This document shows positions 35,776-45,258 of a stretch of DNA of 54,792 nt, one piece after another. A program made the position numbers and the translations under genes. Positions within the stretch are counted from its first letter, which is position 1; the number at the start of each line of letters is the position of its first letter. The notes under the pieces were generated by a model. That model was not told the origin of the DNA and made no database searches. It saw only the letters and a list, made by a program, of their open reading frames with translations. Where the stretch lies: the NCBI GenBank assembly GCA_030693205.1, contig JAUYBG010000011.1:1-54792 (forward strand), given 5' to 3'. This DNA is from a bacterium. Its GTDB lineage: Bacteria > Patescibacteriota > Minisyncoccia > JAHIHE01.

Positions 35776-37593
35776 GTGCCTTCCGGCAAAGGAAAGCTTT
35801 CTTTTGCCTGGACGCTTATCAGTAAAACTTTTACCGCTCTCAGCCGCATAGAAAAGATACTGGTTTTATTGTTATTCTTGGCAATGCTGGTCGCGAGCGC
35901 CAAACTATATTATAACTTTTGGCTTGCGAAAACAATTATCGTTCCGGCAAACGGCGGCACCTGGACTGAAGGGATTATCGGCAATCCGCGCTATATCAAT
36001 CCTCTTTTTTCCCAGTCCAAAGACGCCGATACGGATTTGGCAAAACTGGTTTTTTCGTCTTTGTTCGCTCCCGACCAAAACGGAGAATTAAAACCGGACG
36101 CGGTTCAAGAATACAGCATTTCCGAAGACAAAAAAATTTACACGATAAAAATCAAAAATAATATATTTTGGCATGATCACGGAAGCGATCAGCTGACAAA
36201 AGAAAATGATAAGTTTTTAACCGCCGATGATATTTTGTTCACTATCAAAGCGATTCAAAACCCAAATTACAAAAGCTCCCTCAGGGGAAATTTGGTGGGC
36301 ATAGAAACTGAAAAAATCGATGACTATACGATAAAGCTGTCCTTAAGGTCGCCTTATGAACCGTTCTTGCAAAATCTTACTTTCGGGATCCTGCCAAGCC
36401 ATATTTGGCGCTATATTAGTTCCGAAAATACTCCTTTGGCCCAATACAATGTCAAACCGATCGGTTCCGGGCCATATATTTTCGACAGTTTTACCAAAGA
36501 CGCGAACGGAAATATCGTTTCCTTAACCCTTAAAAAAAATAACGACTATTACGGCAAAAAACCTTTCATTGAAAAACTTGCTTTTAAGTTCTTCGACAGC
36601 CAAAACTCCCTTCTTAGCGCCGTCAATAGCGAATTGATCGACGCGACTGCTTACGTTAGCGAAGAAAAAGAAGCGGAAATCGTAAAACCGGATATCAAAA
36701 AATACAATTTTAAAACTCCGGGATACTTTGCCGTATTTTTTAACCAAGAGAAAGCAAAAGCATTAACCGAAAAAAATGTCCGCCTGGCCATCAATTATCT
36801 GACCGATAAAGATGCTCTTATAAGCGAGGCCTTAAAAAATAACGGCCAAAAAACCGAAACGCCGATCCCCCCCACCCTGAAAGAATACAATACCCAGACT
36901 AAAATTTATGCCTTTGACCCCGCTTATGCGAATACGATCCTGACTAATTCCGGATGGGCGCAAGGAGAAGACGGAATAAGAGGAAAAGAATTCAAAAAAG
37001 AAGCCATTCCGCCTCCGCTGGGCAGTAAAATAAAACCCAAGGTAGAAATGGAAAATATCCCTCTGGAAATTACTTTGACCACCTCAGATTCGCCGGAACT
37101 AAAAAAATCAGCGGAGGTCCTGAAAGAACAATGGCAAAAAGGCGGAATAAAAGTAAATCTTAACATTCTAAGCGCGGACGAGATACAATCGGTGATCAGA
37201 AACAGAGAATATGAAGCGCTGCTTTTTGGAGAAATACTAAGCATCTCGCCCGATCCTTTTATTTTCTGGCATTCTTCGGAAATAAAAGCGCCCGGCCTAA
37301 ATCTGGCTCTTTACTCAAATAAAGACACGGACAAAATTCTGGAAGATCTGCGGCAAACATTCGATGCTGACAAAAAAACGGAATTGCTGGCCGCCTTTCA
37401 GACACAAATTGTCGATGATGCGCCGGCGGTTTTTCTCTTCAATCGATATATGAGCTACTGGGCTAAAACCGGCATGGAGGGAATGGACACAAAAATCGTC
37501 GTTCTTCCGGCCGACAGATTCGCCAGCGCTAACTCCTGGTCGCTTATGAAAAAAAGGATATGGGACGGCAAGTTAAAATTTTTGAATTTTTAA
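35776..37593 (+). CDS. ABC transporter substrate-binding protein, family 5 (peptide/nickel type)
   Basis: 605 aa with an N-terminal TM/signal anchor and overall SBP_bac_5-like pattern. GTG start. The frame is open about 30 codons further upstream but holds no canonical start codon. Confidence 0.75.
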   Translation: MPSGKGKLSFAWTLISKTFTALSRIEKILVLLLFLAMLVASAKLYYNFWLAKTIIVPANGGTWTEGIIGNPRYINPLFSQSKDADTDLAKLVFSSLFAPDQNGELKPDAVQEYSISEDKKIYTIKIKNNIFWHDHGSDQLTKENDKFLTADDILFTIKAIQNPNYKSSLRGNLVGIETEKIDDYTIKLSLRSPYEPFLQNLTFGILPSHIWRYISSENTPLAQYNVKPIGSGPYIFDSFTKDANGNIVSLTLKKNNDYYGKKPFIEKLAFKFFDSQNSLLSAVNSELIDATAYVSEEKEAEIVKPDIKKYNFKTPGYFAVFFNQEKAKALTEKNVRLAINYLTDKDALISEALKNNGQKTETPIPPTLKEYNTQTKIYAFDPAYANTILTNSGWAQGEDGIRGKEFKKEAIPPPLGSKIKPKVEMENIPLEITLTTSDSPELKKSAEVLKEQWQKGGIKVNLNILSADEIQSVIRNREYEALLFGEILSISPDPFIFWHSSEIKAPGLNLALYSNKDTDKILEDLRQTFDADKKTELLAAFQTQIVDDAPAVFLFNRYMSYWAKTGMEGMDTKIVVLPADRFASANSWSLMKKRIWDGKLKFLNF

Positions 37594-37652
37594 TCCGCCG
37601 CGTGGCAGATTAAGCTAAGCTTCTCATTAATTTTATAATGAAAAACTGCCTT

Positions 37653-37735
37653 GGGGATGTGGTGGAATTGGTATACACGTACGCTTCAGAAGCGTATGGC
37701 CTTAGGCCTTGAGAGTTCGAGTCTCTCCATCCCCA
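37653..37735 (+). tRNA. tRNA-Leu (anticodon CAG), class II with long variable arm
   Basis: Hand fold: acceptor GGGGATG/CATCCCC, anticodon stem TACGC/GCGTA with loop TTCAGAA, variable stem GGCC-TTA-GGCC, T arm GAGAG-TTCGAGT-CTCTC, discriminator A. CCA is not encoded. Confidence 0.9.
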
Positions 37736-37919
37736 CAACAATTTTAACAAATTAAAAAATAAAAACGAAAAACTAAAAACGATAATTTAAAATCTAAAAT
37801 TTTTATCTGTCACTTTACGTTTTTCATTGTAAATCTTACATTTACAAATAATTCATAATTAAATTTTTCTATCGTGTATTTTGAGACACAGATGGAAAAT
37901 TAGAAAAACAACTAAATTT

Positions 37920-39722
37920 ATGATGATACAAAAAAGATTTCAACGGCCCGTTTCGGCTATTAAACAGCCTTTCGCGCCGGGAAAACAATCCAACGCGGCT
38001 TTTAAACAAAACTTGATGCCCACAAAACAACCTGTTCTGCGCTACCCCGGACACGGCACTGCTGCCGTAAGAATAATTCCTTTGGGCGGTCTCGAAGAAG
38101 TCGGGCGCAATATGACGGCTTTTGAATATGGCAACGATATAATTATTATTGATATGGGCTTGCAGTTTCCCGAGGAAGATATGCCCGGCATTGATTATAT
38201 CATTCCGGATATTTCTTACTTCAAAGGAAAAGAAAAGAATATAAGAGGAGTGATCATTACTCATGGCCACTACGACCATATCGGCGCTATCCCCCACTTG
38301 ATCCGGCCGCTGGGAAACCCGCCTATTTTTGCCACGCCTTTGACGATCGGCATTATCAAGAAAAGGGAAGATGATTATCCGGATCACGTAAAATTGAACC
38401 TCCACACCGTTACAAGAAACGATAAGCTGGACTTGGGAAGATTCCATATTGAATTTTTCCATATCAATCACAATATTCCAGACGGGATTGGAATCGCAAT
38501 ATTTACTCCGGTCGGGCTAATTATGTATACCGGAGATTTTAAATTCGACTTTTCGCCGGTTAATGACGCGCCGGCCGATATTGGCAGGATCGCCGAACTG
38601 GGAAAGCGCGGCGTTTCGCTCCTAATGAGTGATTCCACTGACGCGGAAACCCCCGGGCATTCGGTCAGCGAGCAAACGATCATGGAAACACTGGGGCGCG
38701 TTTTTGAAAAAGCCCAAGGAAGAATTATTGCCGTTACTTTTTCTTCGCTTATCTCAAGGATCCAGCATATTATCACTCTGGCTGAACAGCATGGAAGAAA
38801 AGTCGCCTTGGACGGATATTCCCTGAAAACCAATCTCGAAATCGCCAAACAGCTTTCCTATGTCCATGTTAAAAAAGGAACTCTCATTAAAATACAAGAT
38901 GTAAATAAATATCCCAACGGTCAGGTGGTGGTGATCGGCACAGGCGCGCAGGGAGAAAGCAACGCCATGCTGATGAGAATCGCCAATCACGAGCATCGCA
39001 GCGTCAATATACAAAAAGGCGACACGATAATCTTTTCCTCTTCCGTAGTTCCGGGAAACGAAAGAACAGTCCAGGGATTGAAAGATACTCTTTGCCGCCA
39101 AGGCGCAAAAATCATCCATTACAAAATGATGGACGTCCACGCCGGCGGACATGCTTACAGGGAAGATCTGAAAATGATGATGAACCTCACTCATCCGAAT
39201 TTTTTCATCCCGATCCATGGCAATTACTATATGAGAAAAGTTCATAGCGAACTGGCGGAATCAACGGGTATAGACCCGCAAAATATTATCATACCCGATA
39301 ACGGCAGCGTCGTCGAACTTACTCAAAAAAGCATTCATTTAACGAAAGAAAAGGTCCCAACTGACTATATTATGGTAGACGGTTTGGGAGTGGGAGACGT
39401 CGGAGAAATAGTGCTGCGCGACCGCCAAGCCATGGCCAAAGACGGAATATTCACGATTATCATCATCGTGGACAGTAAAACTAAAAAAATCGTAGGAGAG
39501 CCGGATATAATCTCCCGAGGATTTATCTATATGAAAGAATCTACCGATCTTCTGAACGAAACAAAAAAGAAGGTCCGAGACATTATTACGATCAAAACCC
39601 AGGGCGAAGGATCGATCAATTGGGCTTATGTCAGGAATAACTTGCGCGATATCATCGGAGAGTTTTTATATACCAAAACTCAAAGAAGGCCATTGGTGTT
39701 ACCAATGATCATCGAAGTGTAA
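37920..39722 (+). CDS. rnj: Ribonuclease J (metallo-beta-lactamase / beta-CASP)
   Basis: ITHGHYDHIGA (HxHxDH), LMSDSTDAE, HAGGHA. The ATG at 37920 is preferred over the TTG at 37881. Confidence 0.9.
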   Translation: MMIQKRFQRPVSAIKQPFAPGKQSNAAFKQNLMPTKQPVLRYPGHGTAAVRIIPLGGLEEVGRNMTAFEYGNDIIIIDMGLQFPEEDMPGIDYIIPDISYFKGKEKNIRGVIITHGHYDHIGAIPHLIRPLGNPPIFATPLTIGIIKKREDDYPDHVKLNLHTVTRNDKLDLGRFHIEFFHINHNIPDGIGIAIFTPVGLIMYTGDFKFDFSPVNDAPADIGRIAELGKRGVSLLMSDSTDAETPGHSVSEQTIMETLGRVFEKAQGRIIAVTFSSLISRIQHIITLAEQHGRKVALDGYSLKTNLEIAKQLSYVHVKKGTLIKIQDVNKYPNGQVVVIGTGAQGESNAMLMRIANHEHRSVNIQKGDTIIFSSSVVPGNERTVQGLKDTLCRQGAKIIHYKMMDVHAGGHAYREDLKMMMNLTHPNFFIPIHGNYYMRKVHSELAESTGIDPQNIIIPDNGSVVELTQKSIHLTKEKVPTDYIMVDGLGVGDVGEIVLRDRQAMAKDGIFTIIIIVDSKTKKIVGEPDIISRGFIYMKESTDLLNETKKKVRDIITIKTQGEGSINWAYVRNNLRDIIGEFLYTKTQRRPLVLPMIIEV

Positions 39723-39827
39723 TAGAATCAATTAAAAAATATTGCGATATTAGAATATTGAAATATTAAAAACCTAATGCGCTAACAAACAATTTTCTAA
39801 TATCCAATATCATAATATCTAAATTCC

Positions 39828-40082
39828 ATGTTTTATATCCTCATTCTTATCATTCCCCTACTGATCTATGCGGCATTATCCGCGTCTATCTTGTTTCATT
39901 TAAAAAGATACGGGATCGCCGGCGACTTTACAAAAAAAATAATCGCCTTATTTTTTGCCGTTTCCATACTCCTAATCTTATTTACCGCTTGGAGCTTTTT
40001 AAATGTTCCTTGGGATAAATTAAAATTAACCGCGATGATTCAAAACGCGCTAAAGAATAGTCCTATTTTTTTTCAACAATAA
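39828..40082 (+). CDS. Small membrane protein, hypothetical
   Basis: 84 aa with two hydrophobic helices. It sits 2 nt upstream of the next ORF. Confidence 0.5.
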   Translation: MFYILILIIPLLIYAALSASILFHLKRYGIAGDFTKKIIALFFAVSILLILFTAWSFLNVPWDKLKLTAMIQNALKNSPIFFQQ

Positions 40083-40084
40083 AT

Positions 40085-40666
40085 ATGAGCCTGACAACAA
40101 TCGTCAACCCTGAAGAAATAAAAAAAATCACATTCCCCGGTCAATATGACGGAGAGGAAATTCTATTGGTCAAGCGCCGGCACTGGATAGTTTTATTGGG
40201 CTTTGTCCTTACGATCGCCGTGCTTTTCTTGGTTCCTATCTTTGTTTATTTTTTTCTGCCTTTAGTCGTGGAAATTCCGTATACCGAAATTTTCACAAGG
40301 CTATTCATTTTTATCGTCGGTCTTTATTATCTCTGCCTCTCTTTCCTCTTGTTTTATGCTATCATCGATTATTATCTTGATCTTTGGATAATTACCAGCC
40401 AAAGAATTATTTCCATAGAACAAAAAGGATTTTTTCGCCGAACCGTAACTGAATTGAGGTACAGTCAAATTCAAGATATTGCCAGCGAGGTTTCCGGTCT
40501 GGTTGCCACCTATTTCCAGTTTGGGAATATCAAAATCCAAACCGCCGCCGAAGACCAAGGAATGACACTGAGACAAATCACTCATCCGATAGAAACTCGC
40601 CGCATAATCTCCGATACCTATCATAAAGAAATGAAAAATATCGAGGGAGGAAAACCGATATTATAA
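40085..40666 (+). CDS. Membrane protein with bacterial PH (bPH_2 / YdbT-like) domain
   Basis: Two TM helices followed by IISIEQKGFFRRTVTELRYSQIQDI...FGNIKIQTA. Confidence 0.65.
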   Translation: MSLTTIVNPEEIKKITFPGQYDGEEILLVKRRHWIVLLGFVLTIAVLFLVPIFVYFFLPLVVEIPYTEIFTRLFIFIVGLYYLCLSFLLFYAIIDYYLDLWIITSQRIISIEQKGFFRRTVTELRYSQIQDIASEVSGLVATYFQFGNIKIQTAAEDQGMTLRQITHPIETRRIISDTYHKEMKNIEGGKPIL

Positions 40667-40683
40667 AAACACTTAAAGGGCTA

Positions 40684-40711
40684 TTGACAGAATTTATCCT
40701 TCGTGTATAAT
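40684..40711 (+). promoter_or_regulatory. Promoter TTGACA-16-TATAAT
   Basis: The -10 ends 9 nt before the ATG at 40721, so the transcript would be leaderless or nearly so. Confidence 0.55.
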
Positions 40712-40720
40712 ATAGTTAAT

Positions 40721-40789
40721 ATGAAAAATGATTCTCAAACAAAATCAATTGCCAAAATTTCCTGTCTTTGTTGCGCTACCGCTATCTAG
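40721..40789 (+). CDS. 22-codon Cys-rich micro-ORF (MKNDSQTKSIAKISCLCCATAI), speculative
   Basis: Too short for the ORF track. It is backed by a perfect promoter directly upstream and a weak hairpin plus T7 at 40851-40871. Confidence 0.3.
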   Translation: MKNDSQTKSIAKISCLCCATAI

Positions 40790-40976
40790 TCGGGCAAGTT
40801 TTTGTTTTGAGAAAATAAGTTTTGGATAATACTGATTTTTATCAAACTGTCCGGCGAAAGGCGGTTTTTTTGTTTGTTTCAGAAGTAAGGCTGATAAAAT
40901 TCTGCTTTGCTTCTGCAACAAAAGGTTGCGGAATCTGTTTATTCGATATATAAAAAATTAACGGAGGAATCAATAA

Positions 40977-41777
40977 GTGGTACTAATAGCACCTTTAAAA
41001 AATAATGAGGAAGAAGTGTATATTTCTCCCTTAGAAGCAACAAAAGAAATCATTAAAAGAAAGAGTTCGGAAAATTTTCCAATAATTATGAAAAAAATAA
41101 AATCCGAATTATGGAAAAACATAGAACCACCATTACCATCTCTGAATGGCGATAAACCTAATGCGTATCTTTGGCGAAACATCGCTTCTGCTCGCAAAGA
41201 AGATGAGAAATATAAAGATATAGCCATACAAGGTGGATTTAATCCCAAATGGATAGAGTATATCAAAGATACCTTCTCAACGCGAAATCAAGCAAAAATT
41301 GATCTTTGCCGACTAACCTTTGCGGAAGGCGAATATAACCTAATAAATAGCCTGTTGGAAATTGAAAATAAAAGCTTTGAAGAAATATCTACTACGCAAG
41401 GAGAACCTCTAGTGGAATTTCATCACAGGATCAGAGAAGCAGTTTTTTCCGAAGAAGACGCGAAAGCATATATAGATATCTCGGATTGGATAAAAAACCA
41501 AGGAGAAAAAGCGGTAAACAACTACGCTGCATTTCTTGCGTTGTTTGTCTTCAATGGGGTTCTATATGAAGACTTTCACTCTCCCTTTTCCCAAAAAGCG
41601 GAGGCGATAAAACAATTAAGAAATTTCAAAGAAAAAGTGTTTTTGCCGGCATGGAGAAAAGTTGTAGAAATTACAGGCAAACAACCTTTAATAATACACC
41701 TTCCTTCAAAACCGGAACTATCATGGTATTCGGGAAAAATAAAGGACAAAATAAAATTTTCTCCACGAGAATACTGA
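40977..41777 (+). CDS. Hypothetical protein (266 aa)
   Basis: GTG start with GGAGG 9 nt upstream. No recognisable motif. Confidence 0.6.
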   Translation: MVLIAPLKNNEEEVYISPLEATKEIIKRKSSENFPIIMKKIKSELWKNIEPPLPSLNGDKPNAYLWRNIASARKEDEKYKDIAIQGGFNPKWIEYIKDTFSTRNQAKIDLCRLTFAEGEYNLINSLLEIENKSFEEISTTQGEPLVEFHHRIREAVFSEEDAKAYIDISDWIKNQGEKAVNNYAAFLALFVFNGVLYEDFHSPFSQKAEAIKQLRNFKEKVFLPAWRKVVEITGKQPLIIHLPSKPELSWYSGKIKDKIKFSPREY

Positions 41778-41868
41778 AAAAATTGAAACATTAAAAGGAT
41801 ATCAAAATTGATATCCTTATTTTTTTGTAATCCTCGCCTAATCGTGATATACTAAAAAAGTAAAAAAT

Positions 41869-42822
41869 ATGAAAAAACAATTTAATATATTACAATTTAT
41901 CTCGAATTTTATCAAATTTTCCTCGCGACAAGGTGAAAATGAAAAAAAAGCGGCTAAACTTATCATTTCTGTTTTGGATAAAAACAAAATTTCTTATTCT
42001 GTTCATGAATTTTCCACTAAAATTCCATTATCCAAAAAAGCAAGCTTGTTCGCGAATGGCAAAAAAATCAACTGCAAAAGCTGTTCTTTTGTCAGTGGAA
42101 AAATTAATGACAAAGAACATCTAATTAGTTCACTAACTCCTTCAGTTTGTTTTTTAGAACTACCGAATATAAATTTTAACCCAAAATGTCTGGATATATC
42201 TCTAAGCAATCATTATTTTGCTCCGGCTATAGCAATTTACAGAAAAGATCTGCAAAAAATCATAAAGGCAAACAAAATAACCGGTGAGGTTAAAGTAACA
42301 CCCTATAAATATCAATCTCAAAATATCCTTATTGGCAATCAAAAAAATCCTGAAGTAATTGTTTTTGCCCACTATGATTCTATCGGAAAAGGAGCCACTG
42401 ACAACGCTTCTGGAGTAGCTGTCTTAATGAAATCTATTATTGATCATCCTGAAACATTATCCAAAACGCTTTATGTTTTTAGCGGCAATGAAGAATTATC
42501 TTATGATAAACCTACCTATTGGGGACACGGCTATAGAGAATTCGAAAAAAAATATAAAAATATTTTAGAAAAATCAAAAAAAATAATCGTGGTAGATGGA
42601 GTCGGAAGCGGCAAAACAAATATTTATCGCGATAAAAATATGATTCACCTGACTTTTCCGATCAAGAGTGTAAAAAAATTAGAAAATAAGATCATCGTGT
42701 TACTGGGCGATTTTGAAAAAATAATGACCGTCTATCATTCAGACTCCGATAATATCAGCCAATTGAATATTAAATATTTACTGGAAGCCGAAAAACTATT
42801 AATTAAAAAAGTTTCAATATAA
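41869..42822 (+). CDS. M28-family (aminopeptidase-like) metallopeptidase, putative
   Basis: VFAHYDSIGKGATDNASGVAVLM matches the M28 zinc-ligand region. Confidence 0.6.
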   Translation: MKKQFNILQFISNFIKFSSRQGENEKKAAKLIISVLDKNKISYSVHEFSTKIPLSKKASLFANGKKINCKSCSFVSGKINDKEHLISSLTPSVCFLELPNINFNPKCLDISLSNHYFAPAIAIYRKDLQKIIKANKITGEVKVTPYKYQSQNILIGNQKNPEVIVFAHYDSIGKGATDNASGVAVLMKSIIDHPETLSKTLYVFSGNEELSYDKPTYWGHGYREFEKKYKNILEKSKKIIVVDGVGSGKTNIYRDKNMIHLTFPIKSVKKLENKIIVLLGDFEKIMTVYHSDSDNISQLNIKYLLEAEKLLIKKVSI

Positions 42823-42919
42823 TGAGTAAGTATAAATAAAAAGCCTGACTAGGTTTTACGATATTATAACGACTTTTCTTGAAACTATTTAGTTTTCCAC
42901 CGCCGAGCTATTGACTCAT

Positions 42920-42948
42920 TTGACCATATTTTCTATTTACGGTATAAT
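42920..42948 (+). promoter_or_regulatory. Promoter TTGACC-17-TATAAT
   Basis: Upstream of the 42984 small membrane-protein ORF. Confidence 0.5.
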
Positions 42949-42983
42949 ATAGACATAATTAATAATTTAATAAATTCAACAAT

Positions 42984-43184
42984 ATGAATGGAAATAAAGG
43001 AGAGGACAGAGGCGGGCATGGTCTTTGCTGTTCAGGCGGCTTAAGACCGGTCTACCTTGGAATTATTTTATTTGTCGTTGGATTAATGTTACAGAGCCAA
43101 AGATCTTTGCCTGAAATGCTTATGATCATCGGTTCTTTAACTGTAGTCACAAGTCTGATCTCGCTGTTTTTTCATAAAAGGTAA
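42984..43184 (+). CDS. Small membrane protein, hypothetical (66 aa)
   Basis: Two hydrophobic helices and its own promoter. Confidence 0.5.
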   Translation: MNGNKGEDRGGHGLCCSGGLRPVYLGIILFVVGLMLQSQRSLPEMLMIIGSLTVVTSLISLFFHKR

Positions 43185-43291
43185 ATAAAACCGGTACTTG
43201 CTCATTCACACATTTTAGACCCGCTCGACAAATCCGGGCGGTTTTAATTGCCTCCCGTTGACAAAATTTTATTTTCATATATACTAAGAAT

Positions 43292-43488
43292 ATATTTAAT
43301 AATTTCATGAGATCAATTTCTAAAACAAAATTAATAAGCTCATCCATAAGCCCGGCTAATTCCGGCTGGCATTGGCATGTCTCAACGATTTTCGCCAGGG
43401 CTCGTTTTGTTTTAAAAAAAACATTATAAAACACTGAATACTTTAAATATTCTTTAGCCGCCCGGCGAAACCGGGCGGCTTTTATTTT
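43292..43488 (+). ncRNA. Orphan promoter-to-terminator transcription unit (candidate sRNA or 40-aa peptide mRNA)
   Basis: TTGACA 43258-43263, TATACT 43280-43285, strong terminator 43457-43488. The internal ATG at 43307 opens a 40-codon ORF with no Shine-Dalgarno site. Confidence 0.3.
43457..43488 (+). terminator. Strong Rho-independent terminator
   Basis: GCCGCCCGG-CGAAA-CCGGGCGGC (9-bp perfect stem) followed by TTTTATTTT. Confidence 0.8.
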
Positions 43489-43556
43489 GGCTTAAAACGG
43501 AATAATGAAACAAAATTTTCATTGTTCCAAATAAATCAAAACGGGGAGGAAAAAAT

Positions 43557-43808
43557 ATGGAGGAAAAAGGGATCATTCCGATTACACCGAATGATTTTAG
43601 AACCCTGGAATTAAAAATTGGAATTAACCAAGATAAATTTTGTTCATACTGCGATGGAATGCTTGTTTCGCCGGGACAAGGAGCGTTCGCGCCGGGAATA
43701 TTTTACATATGCTTAGACTGCGGCAAAAAATATAAAAAAACCAAGCATATTGATATGACAAAAGGCGAAGGTTATTTCCAACTGGAAGAAATGAAGGGGG
43801 CTTGCTAA
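43557..43808 (+). CDS. Small zinc-ribbon protein, hypothetical (83 aa)
   Basis: CSYCDG ... CLDCGK. GGAGG lies 7 nt upstream. Confidence 0.6.
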   Translation: MEEKGIIPITPNDFRTLELKIGINQDKFCSYCDGMLVSPGQGAFAPGIFYICLDCGKKYKKTKHIDMTKGEGYFQLEEMKGAC

Positions 43809-43883
43809 AAGCCGGCTCCCTCATCTGTTTTTGATTGATTAAATTTATAAATCCAGTATAATTAACATATAATAACAAAAACT

Positions 43884-44897
43884 ATGACAAACAAAACAAA
43901 CAGCCGTGTTTTTAGCGCTATTCAGCCATCGGGAGAATTGCATATCGGCAATTATCTGGGAGCTTTGAAAAATTTCGTAGAACTGCAAAACAAACCTGCC
44001 TCACCGGCAGGCAGGTACGAATGTTTTTTCTTTATTGCCGATTACCACTCGATCACGGAAAATTACGATCCTAAGAAAAAACCGGAGCAGATCATGAATC
44101 TGGCTTTGGATATGCTAGCCGCGGGGCTAGATCCCAAAAAGTGCACGATCGCCATTCAATCGCAAATTCCGGAACATACGGAATTGGCTTGGATATTTAA
44201 CACCATCACACCGATGGGATTGCTCGAAAGAATGACACAATACAAAGACAAGGCGCAAAGACAAAATGAAAATATTAATGTGGGGCTTTTCGATTATCCC
44301 GTGCTTCAAGCTGCGGATATTTTAATTTACAAAGCCGGTTTGGTGCCGGTAGGACAAGACCAAGTCCAGCATCTGGAGTTTACCCGCAATATCGCTCACG
44401 CTTTCAATAACAAATTCGGTGAAACTTTCCCCGAACCTGAGGCTTTGCTGACCGAAACACCGAAAATTATGAGCTTGCTTGATCCGGCTAAAAAAATGAG
44501 TAAATCCGCAGGGTCGAAATCATATATCGGGATCAACGACTCGCCGGAAACGATTAAAGAAAAGTTGAAGAAAGCGGTTACCGATACCGGCATTAGCAAA
44601 GAGGTCACGCCAGCAACAAAAAACTTATTTTTACTTCTGGAGATCTTGGGTAAAAAAGAACATTACGAAACTTTCTTTGCTGAACACAAAAAAGGAACGG
44701 TTAAATACAGCCAACTCAAAGAAACCTTAGCCTCTGATATCGCTGATTATTTCGCCCCATTCCGCGCCAAGCGCCAAGAATTGGAAGCCAAACCAGAATA
44801 TATTAAAAAAGTTCTGGCTGATGGAGCCGAACGCAGCCGCAAAGTCGCCCGCGCCACAATGCAAGAAGTGAAAGAAAAAATCGGACTGATATTATGA
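43884..44897 (+). CDS. trpS: Tryptophan--tRNA ligase
   Basis: SGELHIGNYLGAL (HIGH), KMSKS, 337 aa. Confidence 0.95.
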   Translation: MTNKTNSRVFSAIQPSGELHIGNYLGALKNFVELQNKPASPAGRYECFFFIADYHSITENYDPKKKPEQIMNLALDMLAAGLDPKKCTIAIQSQIPEHTELAWIFNTITPMGLLERMTQYKDKAQRQNENINVGLFDYPVLQAADILIYKAGLVPVGQDQVQHLEFTRNIAHAFNNKFGETFPEPEALLTETPKIMSLLDPAKKMSKSAGSKSYIGINDSPETIKEKLKKAVTDTGISKEVTPATKNLFLLLEILGKKEHYETFFAEHKKGTVKYSQLKETLASDIADYFAPFRAKRQELEAKPEYIKKVLADGAERSRKVARATMQEVKEKIGLIL

Positions 44898-44921
44898 TAC
44901 CGCAATTAATTTAATATATAA

Positions 44922-44953
44922 AAACAATCCCGGATAATCAGGATTGTTTTTAT
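44922..44953. terminator. Bidirectional hairpin terminator
   Basis: AAACAATCC-N10-GGATTGTTT with T-rich runs on both strands. Confidence 0.7.
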
Positions 44954-44970
44954 GTTTACTGAAAAAATAA

Positions 44971-45186
44971 TTATTCTTTTAACAAACCGGAAACTTCTTT
45001 AACTTTTTCTTCTGTTAACCCCCTGCTTCGAGATTCCAGATTCAAGCGAATAACCGGCTCAGTGTTTGAGCCCCTTAAATTAAACCACCAGTCCGAATAT
45101 TCCACGGTCAGCCCGTCAAGCTTTATTATCTTCCCGTCGGAATATTTTTTTTCAATCTCTTCCAATTTTTCCGGCACGCTTTTCAC
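44971..45186 (-). pseudogene. Isolated C-terminal domain (domain IV) fragment of a phosphomannomutase/phosphoglucomutase
   Basis: DGLTVEYSDWWFNLRGSNTEPVIRLNLES is the PGM_PMM_IV signature. Only 71 codons from a GTG. The open frame upstream runs into a REP hairpin and shows no PMM-like sequence. Confidence 0.6.
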
Positions 45187-45238
45187 TTTGATTATCCGAA
45201 TAATTATACTAAAGATATTGTTTATTGAGATAAACTGG

Positions 45239-45258
45239 ATTCCCGCCTCCGCGGGAAT
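45239..45258. repeat. REP-like hairpin ATTCCCGC-CTCC-GCGGGAAT (GTCATTCCCGC family)
   Basis: Perfect 8-bp stem with a 4-nt loop, followed by GAC (GGGAATGAC). Confidence 0.65.

Noticed and set aside
37761-37802. Heptamer-phased A-tracts (AAAAACG AAAAACT AAAAACG ... AAAATCT AAAATTT) downstream of tRNA-Leu
   Set aside because: This is low-complexity A-rich sequence. The periodicity is short-range and no partner inverted array or gene context suggests a function.
37869-39245. Minus-strand ORFs (200, 126 and 163 aa) overlapping RNase J
   Set aside because: They lie antisense to a gene with clear HxHxDH and beta-CASP motifs. The translations have no motifs and a composition typical of antisense frames.
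43147-43434. 95-aa minus-strand ORF
   Set aside because: It overlaps the 3' end of the 42984-43184 gene and runs against a promoter/terminator pair oriented on the + strand. It has no ribosome-binding site.
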